A stretch of DNA of 44,362 nucleotides from an uncultured Candidatus Saccharibacteria bacterium (GTDB taxonomy: Bacteria; Patescibacteriota; UBA1384; DTJR01), in the NCBI GenBank assembly GCA_964540855.1, contig CAZIOI010000002.1, positions 1 to 44,362 on the forward strand, written 5' to 3'. A program made the position numbers and the translations under genes. Positions 1 to 11,239 of this stretch are shown here, piece after piece (the stretch's first letter is position 1; each line of letters starts with the position of its first letter). The notes under the pieces were generated by a model that saw only the letters and a list, made by a program, of their open reading frames with translations, was not told where the DNA came from and did not search any database.

Positions 1-19
1 CGTTGCCATAAAACGTACA

Positions 20-37
20 CACCAGCTAACGCTGGTG
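20..37 (-). terminator. Hairpin just downstream of the ruvC stop (caccagc-taac-gctggtg)
   Basis: A 7-bp perfect stem starts 3 nt after the ruvC stop. A weak T-rich tract follows on the minus strand. Confidence 0.4.
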
Positions 38-39
38 GT

Positions 40-540
40 TTATTCTTTGTAAGAACCAAGGTGGCAAAGTGCCACCGCCACAGCATCAATCGTATCGTCT
101 TGGGTGATATTGCAATTTTTAACTTGAAGCGTCACCATCTTGGTCATCTGCTCTTTGGTAGCATGACCATAACCAGAGACCGAGAGTTTTATGACGTTTG
201 GCTTATATTCAAAAATCTCCAGTTTTGCTCGTTTAGCAACCAGCATCGCCACACCGCGAGCGTGAGCCACGGATATACCGGTTTTAACATTTTTCACAAA
301 AAAGATTTCTTCGATCGCCAGTTCTAAGGGTGAATATTTCTTTATAACTTTTTCTAGCTCCGAGGCAATTAGCTCCAACCTGTCTGGTAGCGGAGTGTTG
401 GCCTTAGTTTCAACACAGCCACAATCAAGAAGGCTGATTGTCCGCCTTTTGCGCTCATCTAACGCCGACTTGACTATCGACCAGCCACAACGCCCAGTCC
501 CCGGATCTACGCCCAATACAACCTTGGATTTATTTGTCAC
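40..540 (-). CDS. ruvC: Crossover junction endodeoxyribonuclease RuvC
   Basis: 166 aa with the N-terminal VLGVDPGTGRCGWSIV motif typical of RuvC. It sits directly downstream of yebC, which is the conserved order. Confidence 0.93.
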   Translation of the reverse strand: MTNKSKVVLGVDPGTGRCGWSIVKSALDERKRRTISLLDCGCVETKANTPLPDRLELIASELEKVIKKYSPLELAIEEIFFVKNVKTGISVAHARGVAMLVAKRAKLEIFEYKPNVIKLSVSGYGHATKEQMTKMVTLQVKNCNITQDDTIDAVAVALCHLGSYKE

Positions 541-543
541 AAA

Positions 544-1254
544 CTACCCCAAATTACTACTCACGGCCGAAACATCGTCCAGTTCATCTAGAGCCTCCAA
601 AAGTTTGACTGCTTTTTGCGATTGTTCATCGCCCAGCTCTATTGTGGTATTTGGTTCCCAGACAAGCTCCGCCGATTCCGTGACAAATCCACCATCTTCC
701 AATGACTTTTTAACGGCAAAAAGTTCATCGGGTTTGGAATATATCAAATATCTATCACCCTCAACTTGATAATCCTCCGCACCTGAATCAATTATTACCA
801 TTTCTGCTTCGTCCTGCGATTTGATCGTTTTAGCGCTAATTGACCCCTTGCGGGAAAATAAATAACTGACCGAACCCGATTCGGCCAATTTCCCACCAAG
901 TTTATTCAAAACGCCTTTTATTTCGGCAGACGTTCGATTTTTATTATCTGTTAAGGCCTCAATTAAAATAGCCGTACCGGAAATACCGTATGATTCGTAA
1001 ATGATTCCCTCTATTTGATTTCCACCCAACTCACCCGTTCCCCTCTTGATTGCACGCTCGATTTTATCCTTGGGCATATTAGCCGCGCGCGCCTTATCAA
1101 TCGCTAGGCGAAGTTGAAAATTCATCGTTGGATCGCCGCCCGATCGGGCAGAAACCGAAATCAAATTAGCGATTTTTGTAAACAAACTACTGCGGCGCGC
1201 ATCCGTCGTCGCCTTCTGATGCTTGGTTGTTGCCCACTTAGAATGTCCTGACAT
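544..1254 (-). CDS. yebC: YebC/PmpR family DNA-binding transcriptional regulator
   Basis: 236 aa. The N-terminus MSGHSKWATTKHQKA is the family signature. Confidence 0.93.
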   Translation of the reverse strand: MSGHSKWATTKHQKATTDARRSSLFTKIANLISVSARSGGDPTMNFQLRLAIDKARAANMPKDKIERAIKRGTGELGGNQIEGIIYESYGISGTAILIEALTDNKNRTSAEIKGVLNKLGGKLAESGSVSYLFSRKGSISAKTIKSQDEAEMVIIDSGAEDYQVEGDRYLIYSKPDELFAVKKSLEDGGFVTESAELVWEPNTTIELGDEQSQKAVKLLEALDELDDVSAVSSNLG

Positions 1255-1369
1255 ACTGCTCCATATATTTAGCGTCTGCGAATTTATTTATGATAAAAAT
1301 ACCAAGGCTTTATAACAGGTTTAACATTATAACAAATACTACTTCGTATCAAGATTTACGCCAACCGTC

Positions 1370-1398
1370 TTGACATCGGGTATAATTGGCGGTAGAGT
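1370..1398 (+). promoter_or_regulatory. Sigma70-like promoter for GC-rich island 1 (TTGACA-17-TAGAGT)
   Basis: TTGACA at 1370-1375, a 17-nt spacer and TAGAGT at 1393-1398, about 65 nt upstream of the island ORF. Confidence 0.4.
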
Positions 1399-1462
1399 TT
1401 CCTGATTTAGCACATTACCAAGGGTTGCTTTTGCAGCCCAACGATAAACGGAGGTGCGCATT

Positions 1463-1858
1463 ATGCGCCCAACGAAACTTAGCAGTATTGCCGTGGTCGC
1501 CCTCGTGGCGACCCTCATGGTCGTAGCCTGCGCCGTTCCGGCGCAGGCCCAGCTCGGCATCCAGGTCCAGATCGGGCCCGGATACAACTCGCAGGGCCCA
1601 CTGCAGCCTGTTGTGGTGCAGTGGTCAGATGGGACGACTTCTGTGGCATGGGTGCCCGCGCCCCAGCCGCAGATCGTTGTCCCCGTTCGGCCGCAATGGC
1701 AGCAGCCCTGGGGCTGCCAACCACCCCCGCCACCATGCTGGGGCGGACCACCTCCTCCCTTTTTCGACGCCCCCCGTCGTGGCGGCTCCCACGGCGGCGG
1801 ACACCATGACGGTGGAGGCCGGATCCGCTCCGGCGGACCCAGCCGCCACCCACGCTGA
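1463..1858 (+). CDS. GC-rich island 1: secreted Pro/Gln/Trp/Gly/His-rich protein, no recognised family
   Basis: GGAGG (1450-1454) lies 8 nt before the ATG at 1463; a GTG at 1454 is an alternative start. The N-terminus has a signal peptide (KLSSIAVVALVATLMVVACAVPAQA/Q). The C-terminus is PPPPPCWGGPPPP...GGSHGGGHHDGGG. Codon usage is unlike the neighbours. Confidence 0.6.
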   Translation: MRPTKLSSIAVVALVATLMVVACAVPAQAQLGIQVQIGPGYNSQGPLQPVVVQWSDGTTSVAWVPAPQPQIVVPVRPQWQQPWGCQPPPPPCWGGPPPPFFDAPRRGGSHGGGHHDGGGRIRSGGPSRHPR

Positions 1859-1998
1859 CACCACAGCCGCGGGTGAGCTTCTGTTCCCGTCATCCGCGGC
1901 CCCACATCTTCGGTCGGTTGACCACGGTTCACACCCCCGGAACCGCGCCCAATGGTCTTCCGACCCTCCTGCGGGACATCACCTGTCCCGCGTCACAC

Positions 1999-2046
1999 GG
2001 CCCGAGCGGAGAGTATGCCCACTCTCCGCTCGGGCCACCTTGTTTA
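1999..2046 (+). terminator. Intrinsic terminator of island 1
   Basis: A perfect 16-bp stem (ggcccgagcggagagt / actctccgctcgggcc) with a 6-nt loop, followed by a T-containing tail (accttgttta). Confidence 0.7.
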
Positions 2047-2050
2047 TAAA

Positions 2051-2935
2051 CTAGTTCGCCGCTTGCCAACCATTTTCGGTCAAATCAAATTCAACGCTCC
2101 CCACCTCATCCGTCCTGAATATTTTTGCACCGAGATTTTTATAAAAATCAATTGTCTCTTTCGCCGGATGACCATAACGATTCGGCTGACCGACTGAAAT
2201 CACCGCATATTTGGCAGCAATTTTTTCCAGTAAGTTCTCACTGATACCATTACTCGACCCGTGATGAGAGGCTTTTACAATCTCGGATTTCAGTATCGTC
2301 TCAAGGTTAGCGCCAGCCACCGCATCCAGAGCTTTATTTTCAGCATCGGCGAGCATCATCACATCGGCATCGCCGGGCGCGTCAAATTTCATAACCAGAG
2401 AACTGTCATTTGATGATAAATCACCAACCTGATCCTTATTAGGCCACAGAATATCAACAGAAAAATATTCTCCAAGCGATACTTCATCACCAACGCCAAG
2501 TGTAAATTCGGAAATTTTTTGCTCATCAATCTTTTTGGCAATTCTCTGGTATGTTTTTGATTCAGCTTGTTTACCAGACGTGTATAGATTATCGATCTTG
2601 TACGAGTCCAAAATATGCTCGAATCCTCCGATATGATCCAAATCTGGGTGGGTCAAAAAAACATATTCCAACTCTCTATCCGAGGGCGGCATCACGGCTG
2701 CAAGCTTGTCCAAGACTCCTTCGTCCGGTCCGCCGTCAATCAATATTTGTACGGATCCCGGCAAGCTGAAAACCGCCGAATCACCTTGACCCACATCTAA
2801 AAAGAAAACTTTTGCTAACGTGTCAGAATCGGGACTTGCCTTTGCCGACCCGAAATAATAGACCCAAATACCCGAGCACAGCAATAACAGCGCAATGGCA
2901 ATATATTCAAATTTTATTTTTCTGAGCTTTGTCAT
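2051..2935 (-). CDS. comEC: ComEC/Rec2-type metallo-beta-lactamase domain protein (C-terminal part of ComEC as a separate ORF)
   Basis: Contains FLDVGQGDS, LTHPDLDHIGG and ASHHGS, the MBL motifs of the ComEC C-terminal domain. It has one N-terminal TM helix. Confidence 0.85.
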   Translation of the reverse strand: MTKLRKIKFEYIAIALLLLCSGIWVYYFGSAKASPDSDTLAKVFFLDVGQGDSAVFSLPGSVQILIDGGPDEGVLDKLAAVMPPSDRELEYVFLTHPDLDHIGGFEHILDSYKIDNLYTSGKQAESKTYQRIAKKIDEQKISEFTLGVGDEVSLGEYFSVDILWPNKDQVGDLSSNDSSLVMKFDAPGDADVMMLADAENKALDAVAGANLETILKSEIVKASHHGSSNGISENLLEKIAAKYAVISVGQPNRYGHPAKETIDFYKNLGAKIFRTDEVGSVEFDLTENGWQAAN

Positions 2936-4346
2936 AAATCATCGACAAATATACAATGATCATCGATACGATAACATAGTATGTGATCAAACCCGTAAGA
3001 CCGAACTGAATACTCTTGAAATTCAGAGTCTCAAAGGCAGACGATATCTCAATGACCTTCTTTATATATAATACAGGCAAACTAAAAAAAGTACTCGCAA
3101 CCAGCGCCGCTTTGAAGTTAATCAAAGCAATCGCAAAACCGACAAAAACCGCCAGCATCGCCAGTGGCACGATTGGCAAAATAAAAATGTTCGAGACAAG
3201 ACCGATGAGGCTGATTCGACCAAATTGATACAACAGCACGCCAAAACAAAACAATTGCGCCATTAGGCTTTCTGCAAAAACAGTCGCAATAGTCGAGAAC
3301 CATTGAGAGTCCTTGACAAAATATGAAATTTTTTGCGAGTAGATAATTCCGACCGTAGCCAAAAAGCTTAGTTGAAAACCAATATCGAAAATAATAAAAG
3401 GGTTAATAATCATCATTATAAGTCCCGCCAATACCAGTAAATTCATTGGTGAACCTTTCCTGCCAACCATTTTGGCGATAATTGCCGTAGACCCCATAAT
3501 AGCCGCGCGTACTACCGACGAGGGAAACCCGGTCAAGAAACAAAATATAATCAAAATCAGGATACTCAAGTAAAATGCCCTGTTCTTCCCGATCGCACCC
3601 CGAAGCAGATTAAAAAGTCCAACCAAGATAATCGAGATATTATAGCCCGATACAGCCGTGATATGCACAAGCCCGGAGTCTTTAATTTTTTCATCAAAAA
3701 TCTTCGAAAAATTCGGATCGCCAAAAATCAGACCCTTTGCCAATTGCCCGAGATCACCGGGCATTAACACGTCGAAAATAGAGTCGAGCCTTTCTCTGGC
3801 GGCGTTGAAATAATTTTTTAAAGAAAATCCCGAAGATATTATCCGGATCTCGTCCGTTTGAGCAATTTGATCCGTCGAATATTTTGCAAAATAATACTTG
3901 CCCATTTTCCGCTCCCGTGTGATAGCTCCTTCACCGACACAAATTAGAAGCATATCGGAAATTTTATAAGGCAATTCTTTTGCGGTTTTAACGATCAAAT
4001 TTCCGGCCGAAGAACTTACCGCAAGTTCTATGCCAAATGACGACTCGCGGATGTCTCGCAATTTAAATTCGCCGCAACCGTTAAAGTTGTCTATCGGACC
4101 AAGCAACCTAAAACCGCAAGCGAACAGTATTCCGGCATACAGCACAACAGCGACAAGAGCCACAGAAAACATTTTGTTTAACAAAAAAGTGGCAAGCAAA
4201 ACCAGCGCAACCGACAAAATAAACAAAAACATTTTTCTGTTATTTAGATCAAAACTCGCGCCAAGGAAAATTCCAACCGACGCAAAGAGCATTAAACACA
4301 CCGGCAAATCGATTTGAGCAATTTTTTTTGACAGCCGCCGGATCAT
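2907..4346 (-). CDS. comEC: ComEC/Rec2 competence channel, membrane part (DUF4131 plus Competence domain)
   Basis: 479 aa and polytopic. The central GYNISII...FCFLTGFPSSVVRAAIMG region is typical of the ComEC competence domain. It overlaps the MBL ORF by 29 nt. Confidence 0.85.
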   Translation of the reverse strand: MIRRLSKKIAQIDLPVCLMLFASVGIFLGASFDLNNRKMFLFILSVALVLLATFLLNKMFSVALVAVVLYAGILFACGFRLLGPIDNFNGCGEFKLRDIRESSFGIELAVSSSAGNLIVKTAKELPYKISDMLLICVGEGAITRERKMGKYYFAKYSTDQIAQTDEIRIISSGFSLKNYFNAARERLDSIFDVLMPGDLGQLAKGLIFGDPNFSKIFDEKIKDSGLVHITAVSGYNISIILVGLFNLLRGAIGKNRAFYLSILILIIFCFLTGFPSSVVRAAIMGSTAIIAKMVGRKGSPMNLLVLAGLIMMIINPFIIFDIGFQLSFLATVGIIYSQKISYFVKDSQWFSTIATVFAESLMAQLFCFGVLLYQFGRISLIGLVSNIFILPIVPLAMLAVFVGFAIALINFKAALVASTFFSLPVLYIKKVIEISSAFETLNFKSIQFGLTGLITYYVIVSMIIVYLSMIYDKAQKNKI

Positions 4347-4354
4347 CTAGGATA

Positions 4355-4948
4355 ATGTTAGCAGTAATTATGCGAAATCAAAGAACCATATCAAATCTCT
4401 TTATAGCCAGTCTCCTCGTTGTCGTAGTCACGACTTTCGGATTGTTTGCAAATTCCAAAATCCAGGCTGACAGCTACCCGGGCTACGCTGCAGCCAAATT
4501 GCAGTTTAAAATCACCTCCGCGACTAGACAAGATATAGAAGTTGAAACAAGATTTATGTCAACCGACCCGACAGTCAAAAAATACAACTACAAAAAGAGA
4601 ACTTTTTCAATCAAACCCGGCACGACCACCATTAACTGGACCATCAGAAAGATTATGCCCGGGACAAAATTGATCAAAGTTTATGCAACCAAAACTTTTT
4701 CACCCGACGAGATTACAACAACCCTCTTAGCTGACGAAGTTTCGTTAGTAGGACCATTTCAATGGATTGATCCGACCGCCGCAACCATTACCAAGACACC
4801 GACAAATACAACAACGCCGCAAGAGAGTCCAACCGCCTCAGCGGTTAAATCCGAGATACCGGTGCCGGCAGTACCGGCTGCGCCGTCGGCAACTGCCACC
4901 GCCTCGGCATCCTCCGGCGACTACCTGTCTCTCCCGGGCGGCCTCTGA
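4355..4948 (+). CDS. Hypothetical secreted or membrane-anchored protein with a Thr/Pro/Ala-rich tail
   Basis: An N-terminal hydrophobic anchor (ISNLFIASLLVVVVTTFGLFA) and host-like composition. The start is uncertain (ATG 4355 or 4370). Confidence 0.6.
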   Translation: MLAVIMRNQRTISNLFIASLLVVVVTTFGLFANSKIQADSYPGYAAAKLQFKITSATRQDIEVETRFMSTDPTVKKYNYKKRTFSIKPGTTTINWTIRKIMPGTKLIKVYATKTFSPDEITTTLLADEVSLVGPFQWIDPTAATITKTPTNTTTPQESPTASAVKSEIPVPAVPAAPSATATASASSGDYLSLPGGL

Positions 4949-5003
4949 CGAAGTCTGGACAAATTGGCTTTGTTGCAGTAATCTACACTTCTGGGAGTTT
5001 TGT

Positions 5004-5459
5004 ATGAAAGACAAAAAAACATCAATCAAAAACGAAATTGCAGAACTAAAGCAGGGCTGGCAAAGAACTCAAGCCGATTTTGACAATTATAAAAAGAGAA
5101 CCGAGCACGAAAAACAAAATTGGAATGGAGAGGGGAAATTGGAGGCATTCACCAAAATCCTTCCTGTACTAGATAATCTGGTGGCAGCCACCAACCACCT
5201 GCCCGAAAATCTCGCGCAAGACGGCTGGGCGCAAGGAATTTTATTTATCGCCAAACAAATCGAGCAAACTCTCGAAGATCTAGGAATATCTAGGATTTCA
5301 CCGCAGATTGGAGACAAGTTTGACCCGAATTTCCATGAGGCCGTGGCTACAGAGAAAAATGAACAAATTGACACCGGATGTATAATTAGTATTGAAAATA
5401 TTGGTTATATGAGCGAGAACAAATTAATACGCCCGGCTAGGGTGAAGGTGGGAGAGTAA
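5004..5459 (+). CDS. grpE: Nucleotide exchange factor GrpE
   Basis: DFDNYKKR and FDPNFHEAV motifs. GGGAG lies 6 nt before the ATG at 5004. The longer ORF from 4767 is an Arg/Pro-rich artefact. Confidence 0.9.
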   Translation: MKDKKTSIKNEIAELKQGWQRTQADFDNYKKRTEHEKQNWNGEGKLEAFTKILPVLDNLVAATNHLPENLAQDGWAQGILFIAKQIEQTLEDLGISRISPQIGDKFDPNFHEAVATEKNEQIDTGCIISIENIGYMSENKLIRPARVKVGE

Positions 5460-5903
5460 ATGGCTAACGAAATCAGAAAATTGCGAAGGTCATCCGGCGA
5501 CAAAATGATCGCTGGTGTTTGCAGCGGTTTGGGTGAGTATTTCGACGTTGATCCTCTGATTTTCAGACTTATTTTTGCGGTAATGATCATTTTCGGTGGT
5601 ACCGGAGTTCTTGCGTATATCATCTTGTGGATTCTAATTCCGGAAGACAGTGAACAAAGACCCACTAAAGACCTAGGAGAAAATATCAAGAAAGGCGCCG
5701 ATAAGATGGCATCGGAAATAAAAGATGGCAGTGTTCACGGTAGCGGTCGATTCGTAGCCGGCGCAATAATTTTAACAATCGGTATTATATTTTTGATAAA
5801 CAATTTCTTCCCCTTCATCGGACTAGGGATGAAAAAACTCTGGCCCCTTGTCATTATTGCCGTTGGAGGGAGTATTTTACTTAGTCCCAAAAGGAGAGAC
5901 TAG
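5460..5903 (+). CDS. PspC domain-containing membrane protein
   Basis: KMIAGVCSGLGEYFDVDPLIFRLIF is the PspC domain signature. The start abuts the grpE stop. Confidence 0.85.
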   Translation: MANEIRKLRRSSGDKMIAGVCSGLGEYFDVDPLIFRLIFAVMIIFGGTGVLAYIILWILIPEDSEQRPTKDLGENIKKGADKMASEIKDGSVHGSGRFVAGAIILTIGIIFLINNFFPFIGLGMKKLWPLVIIAVGGSILLSPKRRD

Positions 5904-6805
5904 TGAACTTTTCAAAGATTTTTTGGGGTTTGTTGGTTATTTTTATAGGCACTTGCCTTTTAATGGTTAATTTTGGTCTGATGAGCTCTGAAAGTTTTGA
6001 GCAAATATGGAGACTGTGGCCGGTTGTTTTGATTGCCCTAGGTTTATCAATTATGGCTCGCGGTAGCGGAAAGATTGCCTCCGGTTTTCTTGGCGTGTTA
6101 TCTTTCATCATACTCGTTGGGTTTTTTAGTGCGTTTTTGCATCCCGTAACAAGACCATTTTTGACCAAAGAGACAGTCGAAGCCAAAAAAACCATTATCG
6201 CCGAGCCAGTTAATGAGGATGCAGCGTCAGTCAAAATAGATATCTCGCTAGGTGCGGCGAATCTGGATATATCCGGCGGCTCTTCGCAGCTAATAGAAGG
6301 TGAGATAGATAGTAATTTTGTTAGTGTTGAAACAAAACGGGACTTTTTCGAGGAGACAGATAGTTTCAAGATTAATTCGAAAGGTGCATCATTTCCTTTT
6401 CTGCACGGAAAAAATGACTGGCAGCTGTCTCTTGGTGATCAACTCCCGACAGAGCTCTTGGTCAGTGCCGGAGCCGTTGATGCAACCATCGATCTGACGA
6501 ACACCAAAACAAAGAAATTCACCTATAAAGCCGGCGCAACAACAGCCAATATCACGTTCCCAAAAGATATTGACTTTGCTCAAGCAGATATTAATGTCGG
6601 TGCCAGCACTGTGACGCTGAATGTTTCTCAAAATACCGGAATCAAAATATCTGCAAAAACAGGTGCAACATCAAATAACTTTACTGCTTTCGGTCTCGAA
6701 AAAAATGGGAATGTTTATCAGAGCAAGGATTATGACACTTTCACCAAAAAACTAGAGATCAATCTCGAAACCGGCGCGTCCTCAATAGAACTCAAAAGAG
6801 TCTAA
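5903..6805 (+). CDS. Membrane protein with a LiaF/DUF5668-like N-terminal TM region and a beta-rich C-terminal domain
   Basis: The N-terminal pattern is FWGLLVIFIGTCLL...WPVVLIALGL. The C-terminal half is repetitive and beta-rich. It overlaps the pspC stop by 1 nt. Confidence 0.6.
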   Translation: MNFSKIFWGLLVIFIGTCLLMVNFGLMSSESFEQIWRLWPVVLIALGLSIMARGSGKIASGFLGVLSFIILVGFFSAFLHPVTRPFLTKETVEAKKTIIAEPVNEDAASVKIDISLGAANLDISGGSSQLIEGEIDSNFVSVETKRDFFEETDSFKINSKGASFPFLHGKNDWQLSLGDQLPTELLVSAGAVDATIDLTNTKTKKFTYKAGATTANITFPKDIDFAQADINVGASTVTLNVSQNTGIKISAKTGATSNNFTAFGLEKNGNVYQSKDYDTFTKKLEINLETGASSIELKRV

Positions 6806-6817
6806 ATACCTAAACTC

Positions 6818-6846
6818 TTGACAAAATGTAAAGTAAACTTTACAAT
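6818..6846 (+). promoter_or_regulatory. dnaK promoter (TTGACA-17-TACAAT) with an embedded 8-2-8 palindrome TGTAAAGT-AA-ACTTTACA
   Basis: TTGACA at 6818-6823 and TACAAT at 6841-6846. A perfect inverted repeat at 6827-6844 fills the spacer and the -10. Confidence 0.5.
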
Positions 6847-6879
6847 TATTTTACATAATAAAAAAATAAGAGGAGTTAT

Positions 6880-8775
<1,896 letters not shown>

Positions 8776-8792
8776 TATCTGCTAATATAGAG

Positions 8793-8830
8793 AAAAGCCC
8801 CGGACGCGAAGCCGCTTGTCCGGGGCTTTT
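8793..8830 (+). terminator. dnaK intrinsic terminator
   Basis: aaaagccccggac / gtccggggctttt forms a 13-bp stem that includes the A and T tracts. Confidence 0.8.
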
Positions 8831-8868
8831 CTGGTTAATGCAGAAATTAAGGTTTATTTGTGGGTAGT

Positions 8869-8985
8869 GTCGCTAAAGCGACATATTTCTAACTTGGTAT
8901 CTTTTGACTTACAATTTTTACTTAACAATTTTTAATTTTGCATTGTGATTATACGTTTTGCCTTTTTCGTTATACGTTTTGAATT
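8869..8985. repeat. Dispersed intergenic repeat copy (GTCGC-hairpin module, third copy of the 65-bp module, GTTATACG arms)
   Basis: gtcgctaaagcgac at 8869-8882. 8890-8954 is about 85% identical to 37485-37549. It is followed by gattatacgttttgcctttttcgttatacgtttt. Confidence 0.75.
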
Positions 8986-9010
8986 ATTTTGTTGTGGTAA
9001 AATTGTATTG

Positions 9011-9721
9011 ATGAAAAAAATCTTTTTGGTTTTTGTGGTTGTAATATCAGTGATGCTTACTGGTTGTAGCTGGCAGAAAAAATCCTCTGCTACGGTTTCC
9101 GATTCCGATCAGGTCACAGACGTCGAAGCCGAGGCGACTGTTGCCGCGACAGATAGCGGTGAAGATGATACTTCGCTGACCGATTCTCTCGCTGATTCAA
9201 CATCGAGTGCAGACACGTTTAATCTCGATTTTGAAAGTCAAAAAATCACCGACCTCTTCGATCAGGCTTATCAAGAAGCCTATTCCGATGCCAACGCAAC
9301 GCTCGCCGGTAAAGCCAAATTTTGCAATAGCCTTGCCGAATTCACACCGGCACAATCGCCGGATAGTGCAAAAATCAGTTTCTTCTTCACCTCGGAAGAT
9401 CAGAATGATTGGTATTGGGTCGGGCAAAAAGACCTACTTGAGAATAAAAAGATTAGGCTTTTTGCTGCAAAAAGAGATTTTACAGACATAGCCTGCACGT
9501 CCGTTACGACAGATCAGCTGACTGCCAACTATGCCGATGCGCTCAAAACTGTCGCTGAGTCGAAAAAAACAACTTTCACCGCAGACGAACCCTCCAAAAT
9601 TAAAATTTATATCGAAGGATACACGTGGAAAGTAGAATTTTGGAAATCCGACTCGACAATCACCTCGCAGACAGCCCCCATCACCGCCACAACTACGACC
9701 GCCACAAGCACGGGCGAATAG
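9011..9721 (+). CDS. Lipoprotein, function unknown
   Basis: MKKIFLVFVVVISVMLTGC is a signal peptide with a lipobox. The upstream part of the 8945 ORF lies in repeat DNA. Confidence 0.7.
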   Translation: MKKIFLVFVVVISVMLTGCSWQKKSSATVSDSDQVTDVEAEATVAATDSGEDDTSLTDSLADSTSSADTFNLDFESQKITDLFDQAYQEAYSDANATLAGKAKFCNSLAEFTPAQSPDSAKISFFFTSEDQNDWYWVGQKDLLENKKIRLFAAKRDFTDIACTSVTTDQLTANYADALKTVAESKKTTFTADEPSKIKIYIEGYTWKVEFWKSDSTITSQTAPITATTTTATSTGE

Positions 9722-9797
9722 TTATCTCAATAATGTAAAGCACTCTTTACTAATCTTGAGATAAATAGTAAAATATTATGCGTTAACTTTTATTTAT

Positions 9798-10433
9798 ATG
9801 TCACAAAATTTTTACGAAACCCTCGGTATCGAGAAATCCGCTTCGGCTGAAGAAATAAAAAAGGCCTATCGGAAACTCGCACTGGAGCATCACCCAGATC
9901 GCGGTGGAAGCCAAGAAAAGTTTAAGCAGCTAAATGAAGCTTATCAGGTCCTTTCTGATCCGCAAAAGAGAGCTGCTTACGACCAATTTGGCTCCCAAGC
10001 CTTTTCTAATGGTGATTTTAGAGGTGGACAAAATTCCGGCGGAGGGCAAGGAGGCTTTGGCGGATTCGAGGGATTTGACTTTTCAGGTGGCTTTGGCGGA
10101 GGTGGTTTGGGAGATATTTTTGGAGATTTTTTTTCGCAAGCTTTTTCAACAATTCAGGCCGAAGTCGAAATCACACCTGCCCAAGCAGTTCTTGGCGATA
10201 AAATGAACCTCAGAGTTGACGGACAAAGTGTTGAATTAGATATTCCTGCCGGCGCGCAAGACGGGACACAATTTCGCATTCGAGGCGCAGGCAGAGCCGC
10301 CAGAAACGGTCAAAAAGGCGATCTAATCATCTCAATCAGAATCAAAATGCCGAGAAAATTGTCTCGTGAACAAAAAGAACTCTGGGAACAGCTCAAAAAG
10401 CTCGATCAAAATCGTTCCTCGTGGTGGAGATAG
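9798..10433 (+). CDS. dnaJ: J-domain co-chaperone (DnaJ/CbpA-like, no zinc-finger domain)
   Basis: The J domain has HPD (LEHHPDRGG), then a G/F-rich linker and a single C-terminal beta domain. The whole 211 aa contains no Cys. Confidence 0.85.
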   Translation: MSQNFYETLGIEKSASAEEIKKAYRKLALEHHPDRGGSQEKFKQLNEAYQVLSDPQKRAAYDQFGSQAFSNGDFRGGQNSGGGQGGFGGFEGFDFSGGFGGGGLGDIFGDFFSQAFSTIQAEVEITPAQAVLGDKMNLRVDGQSVELDIPAGAQDGTQFRIRGAGRAARNGQKGDLIISIRIKMPRKLSREQKELWEQLKKLDQNRSSWWR

Positions 10434-10574
10434 CCAAAAGTTATAGTTGATTGTATATACGATGTGCTATAATTTGTTATAGAACATTTCCAGTGTGGAG
10501 ATGTTCTTGCAGCGTAAACTGCCAAAGGACGTTCACGTCGCGGGTTTGCGACTTTAAGTGGAGGGGTTATTCAA

Positions 10575-11084
10575 GTGTCACCTACTGTGCCAACATGGGA
10601 TCTGTTTTTAGCCATTTTTATCGCAATAACCGTTTTATACGGATTTATGATGCAGCGGGAAAAGATTATGGCAGCTCTCTTGGCATCTTATATGGGTATT
10701 GTAATCGTCTCCGTTTGGTCCGGACCGATTAAGGACTTTTTTGAAGGCAAAAAAACCGTTGCAAATACTTGGATTCAGGCGGACGCTTCGCCGGCAACCA
10801 TTAAAATCATTATATTTTTGTTAATCGTTGGGCTGGTCGCAGCCAAAGCAGACCTCGCTATCGGTCGCGACTCGGCGATGGCACCATTTGAGATATTATT
10901 ATATTCAGCAATAACAGGCATTTTGATTGCCGCCACAATTTTCTCGTATCTTCCAGCGGAAGTTCAACAAACTATTACATCTCAAACGAAAATAATTCAT
11001 TTCCTCAAGGACTACTACACTATCTGGCTTTTGACACCGGTTGCTTTGATGATTTTCGTGACTTCTCGTCGGCGCAACTACTAG
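10575..11084 (+). CDS. Hypothetical integral membrane protein
   Basis: 169 aa with about 5 hydrophobic helices. A GTG start lies 8 nt after GGAGGGG. Confidence 0.6.
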   Translation: MSPTVPTWDLFLAIFIAITVLYGFMMQREKIMAALLASYMGIVIVSVWSGPIKDFFEGKKTVANTWIQADASPATIKIIIFLLIVGLVAAKADLAIGRDSAMAPFEILLYSAITGILIAATIFSYLPAEVQQTITSQTKIIHFLKDYYTIWLLTPVALMIFVTSRRRNY

Positions 11085-11239
11085 AGATTGAATTTCTCTT
11101 ATAAATTTGTTATCATTTCCCAAGTGAATTTCGTGAATTTACAGCACTTTTATATCTAAATGTGTTTTGGCTGTGCAAAAAAATTATCGCACAGCGATAC
11201 CAAAGTTATACGTTTTTCGTTTTGCGTTATACGTTATTT

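Noticed and set aside
1339-2054. Five other overlapping ORFs of 62-197 aa on both strands of island 1 (for example 1339..1932 minus, 1611..2054 plus).
   Set aside because: They translate to Arg/Pro/Gly/Trp-rich strings with no start-site signals. High G+C removes stop codons and creates such ORFs by chance. Only the 1463..1858 frame has an SD, a signal peptide and a terminator.
8945-9010. N-terminal extensions of tracked ORFs (8945, 4767, 18624, 19553, 22188, 33974, 34086, 42896, 14470, 14753, 25870, 30712).
   Set aside because: The extensions run through repeats or the preceding gene. Internal ATGs with proper SD spacing give canonical N-termini (lipobox, GrpE, ROK, enolase MSKIEKI, DnaX MTLYRKYRPQ, L27 MAHTKAKG).
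10434-10574. About 100-nt leader upstream of the membrane-protein gene 10575..11084, with two hairpins (agaacat...atgttct and gtcgc-N6-gcgac), considered as a possible riboswitch.
   Set aside because: I could not match it to any riboswitch consensus I know. The gtcgc/gcgac helix is the generic repeat hairpin of this genome, and the promoter spacing (15 nt) is poor.
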